Virus record (IMG/VR): IMGVR_UViG_2695420793_000012
DNA length: 3,444 nt
From: a virus
Lineage: Duplodnaviria; Heunggongvirae; Uroviricota; Caudoviricetes
Reading direction: 5' to 3' (one strand)
Below, piece by piece: positions 1-3,444 of the stretch. How positions within the stretch are numbered: the first letter of the stretch is position 1; each line of letters starts with the position of its first letter. Below the pieces are notes generated by a model. The model ran no database searches, had not been told where the DNA came from, and saw nothing but the letters and a program-made list of their open reading frames with translations. Position numbers and translations under genes: made by a program.

Positions 1-393
1 ATCGTCTGCGCGGAAATGGACGAACAGTGGGGATACGTCGGGGCTAAATCGCGCCAGCGCTGGCTGTTTTACGCGTATGACAGGCTCCGGAAGACGGTTG
101 TTGCGCACGTATTCGGTGAACGCACTATGGCGACGCTGGGGCGTCTTATGAGCCTGCTGTCACCCTTTGACGTGGTGATATGGATGACGGATGGCTGGCC
201 GCTGTATGAATCCCGCCTGAAGGGAAAGCTGCACGTAATCAGCAAGCGATATACGCAGCGAATTGAGCGGCATAACCTGAATCTGAGGCAGCACCTGGCA
301 CGGCTGGGACGGAAGTCGCTGTCGTTTTCAAAATCGGTGGAGCTGCATGACAAAGTCATCGGGCATTATCTGAACATAAAACACTATCAATAA
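1..393 (+). CDS. insB: IS1 transposase InsB, C-terminal part (5'-partial at window edge)
   Basis: Frame 1 open from base 1 ([31 protein letters not shown]...[15 protein letters not shown]), stop TAA 391-393; matches recalled InsB C-terminal sequence. Confidence 0.95.
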   Translation: MVCAEMDEQWGYVGAKSRQRWLFYAYDRLRKTVVAHVFGERTMATLGRLMSLLSPFDVVIWMTDGWPLYESRLKGKLHVISKRYTQRIERHNLNLRQHLARLGRKSLSFSKSVELHDKVIGHYLNIKHYQ

Positions 394-408
394 GTTGGAG
401 TCATTACC
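386..408. repeat. IS1 right terminal inverted repeat (about 23 bp)
   Basis: Reverse complement of 386-408 reads GGTAATGACTCCAACTTATTGAT, the canonical IS1 end. Confidence 0.9.
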
Positions 409-784
409 TATTTTTCTTACCTGATTCGGGTAATGTTGACCATTCACTGACCACATTATTAATGCCGGTATTCCGCCCGCTCTGAATAAAAATCCCACGC
501 TTTACCAGAACACTTTTTGCAGCAGAACACTTGTGCGGCAATATCCCGGTTAATTCGGAAAGTTGCTCGTTGCTAACCCAATCCAGTTTTTTATTAAAGC
601 CATATGTTTTGCGCATGACAGCCAGAAAGACCAGAAGCTGGTGCTGTGTTAATCCGGCCAGCATCACAGCTTCCAGCAACTCATTTGCAATGCGCGTATA
701 ACCATCATCGAGATCTGCCACGCGCGGCTCCTTTTGTGCCGCATCCGGCACTGGAAAATTGAATATCTCAGCAGTGTTTGCCAT
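404..784 (-). pseudogene. Lambda O-like replication initiator, N-terminal DNA-binding domain only (126 aa); C-terminal part removed by IS1, stop codon supplied by the IS1 end
   Basis: ATG at 784-782 with GGAGG 4 nt upstream; MANTAEIFNF...RVADLDDGYTRIANELLEA...LLVFLAVMRKTYGFNKK...SEWSTLPESGKKNR resembles recalled lambda O N-terminus (MTNTAKILNF...NVADLDDGYARL...LRKTYGWNK). Frame runs into the IS1 IR, stop TAA at 406-404. The listed ORF start at 874 would overlap the upstream gene. Confidence 0.8.
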
Positions 785-870
785 AATTCCTCCCGCAATG
801 AGTGTGTTACGATTTGCACCTGAAAGTCGGTTCTGTTCCAGCAGACCGGCTTTCGCCATTTCTGAACCTG

Positions 871-1410
871 TCATATCGCCCCCAGCATGGTAGTAACCAT
901 CGCCATCAATGGACCAGCCAGATCTGGGTCCACACGAAACATCGACACAATACCTTCACTAATTTCCTTCAGTTTCTGGTGGCGTGGTGCGTTGAGAATG
1001 ACAGCCTGTTTTGCCTCACTGAGTTCCTTTTCCATTTCAGCCAACCTAGCCATGAAGCTATCCTGCTCAACCAGGTAACCGCGATATTCCAGCGGTAGTA
1101 CCGCCAGAATTGCCGGGGTCAGTTCACGCACGTTATTTCGGTATTTTTCAGAATCGAATTTGTTATCGAGGAAGCGGAACAGCTTCTGGCGTGCACGGCT
1201 GACATCATCAGGGAAATCGATGGTGCCGCCGCCCTGCTCCCGATACTCATTCACAATGAGTGTGGCAACGACATCCTGATTATCTACAGCCGACCAGGCG
1301 CGGACGGCATCACGGATTTTTTCGTGGCCTGGCACCTGTTTTGTTTGAGAACGATTTATCACCGCAGTCGGGCTAAATCCGCTAGTCTGTTGGTATGTAA
1401 GTGGTTGCAT
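871..1410 (-). CDS. ydaT: YdaT-family protein (proposed functional analog of phage CII; historically annotated as putative toxin), 179 aa
   Basis: Strong RBS AAGGAG 6 nt upstream of ATG (1410-1408). Motifs NEYREQGGG and LTPAILAVLPLEYRGYL match recalled E. coli YdaT (EEYLRQGGG, LIPAILAILPRELRHRL). Sits in the cII position between cro-like and O-like genes. Confidence 0.75.
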   Translation of the reverse strand: MQPLTYQQTSGFSPTAVINRSQTKQVPGHEKIRDAVRAWSAVDNQDVVATLIVNEYREQGGGTIDFPDDVSRARQKLFRFLDNKFDSEKYRNNVRELTPAILAVLPLEYRGYLVEQDSFMARLAEMEKELSEAKQAVILNAPRHQKLKEISEGIVSMFRVDPDLAGPLMAMVTTMLGAI

Positions 1411-1429
1411 AATTGACTCCTTTAGTTTG

Positions 1430-1449
1430 AATTGACTGTTAAGTTGATT
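1430..1449 (+). promoter_or_regulatory. Direct repeats TTGACT-N6-TTGATT (AATTGACT also at 1411-1418); candidate binding site for the CII-like activator / PRE-like establishment promoter reading toward the repressor gene
   Basis: Seen in sequence: ttgactgttaagttgatt; position (cro/cII-analog junction) and direct-repeat-N6 geometry parallel lambda CII sites TTGC-N6-TTGC at PRE. Function is inferred. Confidence 0.25.
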
Positions 1450-1454
1450 GCTTA

Positions 1455-1467
1455 TTGTTAAAGAGCG
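1455..1467 (-). promoter_or_regulatory. boxA-like element (nutR-like position), CGCTCTTTAACAA on minus strand
   Basis: Reverse complement of 1455-1467 is CGCTCTTTAACAA, matching the boxA consensus CGCTCTT(T)A and the rrn boxA core GCTCTTTAACAA; lies 12 nt downstream of the cro-like stop. No convincing boxB hairpin follows. Confidence 0.4.
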
Positions 1468-1479
1468 TGAAATGGAAAT

Positions 1480-1710
1480 TTAAGCTGCGTTCTTTTCGGT
1501 GTGTGGAAACAACTTCGGAAGATCCGGGCGAATCTGGTATGCCTTCACTACTCCACCAGTAGCCGTAACAATGCTGCCGACATGTTCAGGGGATACCTTT
1601 GCTTTGTTGTGAAGCCACTTATAGACGGCCTGCTGTGAAACTTCGCAAGCAGCGCCCAGTTTCTTTTGTGAACCAACGATATTGATCGCTGTTTTGATAG
1701 CTGGGTTCAT
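1480..1710 (-). CDS. ydaS: Cro-like HTH regulator, YdaS family, 76 aa
   Basis: ATG 1710-1708 with GGAGG 5 nt upstream; divergent from the repressor gene; pattern IVGSQKKLGAACEVSQQAVYKW...ATGGVV...IRPDL resembles recalled YdaS (VVGGQSAMARLLGVS...W...ATRGEV...LRPDI). Confidence 0.75.
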   Translation of the reverse strand: MNPAIKTAINIVGSQKKLGAACEVSQQAVYKWLHNKAKVSPEHVGSIVTATGGVVKAYQIRPDLPKLFPHTEKNAA

Positions 1711-1737
1711 AACAACCTCCGTGGTTAATTTGAATCA

Positions 1738-1766
1738 AGATTAAAACTATGGTTGTTTTTAGTCAA
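1738..1766 (-). promoter_or_regulatory. PR-like sigma70 promoter for the cro-like operon (-35 TTGACT at 1766-1761, 17-bp spacer, -10 TAATCT at 1743-1738)
   Basis: Minus strand reads GGTTGTTGACTAAAAACAACCATAGTTTTAATCTTG; -35 overlaps the operator palindrome; near-identical to the module downstream of the repressor gene (2790-2823). Confidence 0.5.
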
Positions 1767-1773
1767 CAACCAT
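1749..1773. promoter_or_regulatory. Operator palindrome ATGGTTGTT-N7-AACAACCAT (OR-like); further half-sites AACAAC(C) at 1711-1717 and GGTTGT at 1798-1803
   Basis: Perfect 9-bp inverted-repeat arms seen directly in sequence, centred between the divergent cro-like and repressor genes and overlapping the PR -35. Confidence 0.55.
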
Positions 1774-1779
1774 TTTCGT

Positions 1780-1808
1780 TTGATGGAATAAAACCTTGGT
1801 TGTACATT
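1780..1808 (+). promoter_or_regulatory. PRM-like promoter candidate for the repressor gene (-35 TTGATG 1780-1785, 17-bp spacer, -10 TACATT 1803-1808), giving a leaderless or near-leaderless transcript
   Basis: Hexamers are weak matches; no usable Shine-Dalgarno before ATG 1815, as for lambda cI from PRM. Confidence 0.3.
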
Positions 1809-1814
1809 TGGACT

Positions 1815-2504
1815 ATGAAAACAACACTCTCAGAAAGACTTAAAGAAGCCAGATTAGCGCGAGGCCTTACACAAAAGGCGCTTGGGGATTTGGTCGGGGT
1901 TAGCCAGGCTGCTATTCAGAAAATCGAAACAGGGAAAGCTAATCAAACAACTAAAATCGTGGAGATCGCGAACGCTTTGGGTGTGCGCGCAGAATGGTTA
2001 TCTTCTGGCGTTGGAAATATGTCAGACAGTACAGTGCAACCAATACAATCAACTGTCAGCCATTCCAAATACTTCAAGATTGACGTTCTTGATATAGAAG
2101 TCAGTGCTGGGCCGGGAGTCATCAACCGTGAGTTTGTAGAAGTTCTACGCTCGGTTGAGTACTCGTTTGACGATGCTCGTCACATGTTCGATGGTAGGAA
2201 GGCGGAAAATATCCGCATCATTAACGTGCGTGGTGACAGCATGTCAGGAACGATCGAACCAGGTGATCTGCTGTTCGTTGATATCACAGTTAAATCTTTC
2301 GACGGTGATGGTATCTATGCGTTTCTGTACGACGACACAGCCCATGTAAAGCGCCTGCAAATGATGAAGGATAAGCTGCTGGTCATCTCTGATAACAAAA
2401 GCTACTCACCGTGGGACCCGATCGAGAAAGACGAGATGAACCGGGTGTTCATCTTCGGTAAGGTTATTGGGAGCATGCCGCAGACATATAGGAAGCATGG
2501 GTAG
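1815..2504 (+). CDS. cI-like phage repressor: N-terminal XRE-type HTH plus C-terminal LexA/S24 autopeptidase domain (229 aa from ATG 1815)
   Basis: HTH LTQKALGDLVGVSQAAIQKIE; putative Ala-Gly cleavage site in DIEVSAGPG; catalytic Ser in VRGDSMSGTIEPGDLLFVD and Lys in AHVKRL. The upstream in-frame ATG at 1749 lies inside the operator palindrome, so 1815 is preferred. Confidence 0.9.
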   Translation: MKTTLSERLKEARLARGLTQKALGDLVGVSQAAIQKIETGKANQTTKIVEIANALGVRAEWLSSGVGNMSDSTVQPIQSTVSHSKYFKIDVLDIEVSAGPGVINREFVEVLRSVEYSFDDARHMFDGRKAENIRIINVRGDSMSGTIEPGDLLFVDITVKSFDGDGIYAFLYDDTAHVKRLQMMKDKLLVISDNKSYSPWDPIEKDEMNRVFIFGKVIGSMPQTYRKHG

Positions 2505-2625
2505 TACCAATTAAAAATTATCAACTGGGCATTGTGCTCATTCAGTAAAGAACTAATTCCTATCTTTGCTCTAGGTAATAATATTAAACCACCGCAATAA
2601 TATCTTTACCTAACGGCGTAAGAAT

Positions 2626-2652
2626 CCCGGTCACCGTGCCGGGTTTTCTTTT
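2626..2652 (+). terminator. Intrinsic terminator downstream of the repressor gene
   Basis: GC stem CCCGG(2626-2630)/CCGGG(2639-2643) with short loop, followed by TTTTCTTTT (2644-2652). Confidence 0.6.
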
Positions 2653-2779
2653 GCCCTCCCCTCATCACACACACCGTTAAAAAAACCACCATAACCTCGC
2701 TTCAGTTATCGCTATGCGATTCAAGTCACAAAATAAATCCATCCTAAATACAACCAGTTATATCTAAAACAACCAATAA

Positions 2780-2823
2780 AACAACTTTTGTTGTTGACGA
2801 TAAAACAACTATAGTTTTAAATA
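2780..2823 (+). promoter_or_regulatory. PL/OL-like promoter-operator module: palindromes AACAAC-TTTT-GTTGTT (2780-2795) and GTTGTT-N8-AACAAC (2790-2809); -35 TTGACG 2794-2799; -10 TTAAAT/TAAATA 2817-2823
   Basis: GTTGTTGACGATAAAACAACTATAGTTTTAAATAAG is near-identical to the PR module on the opposite strand at 1733-1768; downstream of repressor gene and terminator, oriented away from the repressor as lambda PL is. Confidence 0.5.
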
Positions 2824-3254
2824 AGTTCATCGCAACAACACAACGATACGGCAACTACCTGATTCACCGTTGCGATGACCGCTTAGATCCGCAGTTTGAA
2901 TTTCAGCAGGCTTCGGGGAGTGCGAGGGGTGAAACGGACGCGTGAACGTCGGTGTGACCAGCTGAAATTAACTCAACATTTCATACCTTAGTCGCTTCAA
3001 CGAGGCGGCTTAGTTATGACAACCGGCGGCCATCCACCGCCTGAATACGCGCAGAAGTCTCTATATGTTCAGCAGCCCAGCTTACGGGCAGGAGTTTTTA
3101 TGGTTCATCAACATTATGGAACGCAGACCGTTAATCGAGGTGCGGTCATGCCAGGAATGCTGGTCAAACACAAAGATGGTACCTGGACTGCATCAGCTAA
3201 TTTACGCGGACGGCTTTATCTGCATCGCGGCATCGAGCGCACTTATACCCGTGA

Positions 3255-3444
3255 TTTGCTCGTGGAAGTTTTTCTCGACGGACGCGGTACTCCGTTACGA
3301 AGCGAGGCTGGGTATTTCCCGGCCTTTCTGTTATCCGAAAGATGCGCATCGACAGCAAGACATCATGGCTATCAGCTTGTCGTCGTGCAGGAATTGAAGA
3401 TTTCCGTTTCCATGACCTCAGACACACCTGGGCAAGCTGGCTGA
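3255..3444 (+). pseudogene. Tyrosine recombinase (phage integrase) 3' fragment, 5'-truncated and apparently frameshifted; continues past window end
   Basis: Frame 0 from 3255 reads ...[46 protein letters not shown], containing the integrase box II motif HDLRHT. In-frame stops at 3198 and 3252; no room for an N-terminal domain; possible continuation in frame 2 ([12 protein letters not shown], 3278-3313) implies a frameshift near 3305. Confidence 0.7.

Larger units (their letters stand above)
1..408 (+). mobile_element. IS1 insertion sequence, 3' portion (element continues upstream of window); ends at 408 with the terminal inverted repeat
   Basis: Sequence matches the recalled IS1 3' half essentially base for base, through insB to the terminal ...GGAGTCATTACC at 397-408; insB reading frame open from base 1. 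Confidence 0.95.

Noticed and set aside
69-359. 96-aa ORF on the minus strand inside IS1
   Set aside because: Antisense shadow ORF of insB; IS1 encodes only insA/insB on the plus strand.
802-1098. 98-aa and 63-aa (887-1078) ORFs on the plus strand
   Set aside because: Lie antisense within the YdaT-like gene, with no RBS or recognisable motifs; shadow ORFs of a well-supported gene.
1411-1454. boxB hairpin following the boxA-like element
   Set aside because: No GC-rich stem-loop with a purine-rich loop is present in the 45 nt after boxA on the minus strand; only the boxA call is supported.
1749-1814. N-terminal extension of the repressor (start at 1749, 251 aa)
   Set aside because: The extension (MVVFSQQPFSFDGIKPWLYIWT) overlaps the operator palindrome and divergent promoter; the HTH domain begins right after the Met at 1815, which fits a leaderless cI-like start.
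1882-2349. Short ORFs (1882-2097 +, 1943-2125 -, 2155-2349 +) overlapping the repressor gene
   Set aside because: Out-of-frame or antisense overlaps of a CDS with clear domain signatures; no independent support.
2653-2765. AC-rich low-complexity tract (cacacacacc, aaaaaaaccacc) downstream of the terminator
   Set aside because: No repeats, ORF or structure I can tie to a function; likely spacer between the repressor terminator and PL.
3016-3444. 142-aa ORF (frame 1) with a plausible GAGG RBS, plus overlapping ORFs 3065-3397 (+) and 3197-3427 (-)
   Set aside because: No recognisable family; the unmistakable integrase box II motif is in a different frame over the same bases, and the frame-1 stop coincides with the window end. 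These ORFs most likely arise from the decayed integrase region. 3016-3444 remains unresolved and could be called hypothetical by a gene finder.
1-3444. CRISPR arrays, tRNA/rRNA genes, defence-system genes
   Set aside because: No regularly spaced direct repeats, no cloverleaf-compatible segments, and all substantial ORFs are accounted for by IS1 and prophage switch genes.

Overview
Cryptic lambdoid prophage immunity region, decayed at both flanks. Left: the 3' 408 bp of an IS1 element (insB 3' end plus terminal inverted repeat) inserted into, and truncating, a lambda O-like replication initiator gene. Centre: an apparently intact genetic switch - minus-strand early-right operon (Cro-like YdaS-family HTH, YdaT-family CII-analog, O-like N-terminal fragment) and a divergent plus-strand cI-like repressor with HTH and LexA/S24 autopeptidase domains, separated by a 104-bp operator/promoter region. 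Right: an intrinsic terminator, a PL/OL-like promoter-operator module that is a near copy of PR/OR, about 190 bp of leader, and then only a frameshifted 3' fragment of a tyrosine integrase (box II motif HDLRHT) running off the window. No N-like antiterminator, recombination or xis genes lie between PL and the int remnant, which implies a deletion. I found no CRISPR array, tRNA/rRNA gene or recognisable defence system. All calls rest on reading the sequence and recalled protein families; no database search was run.
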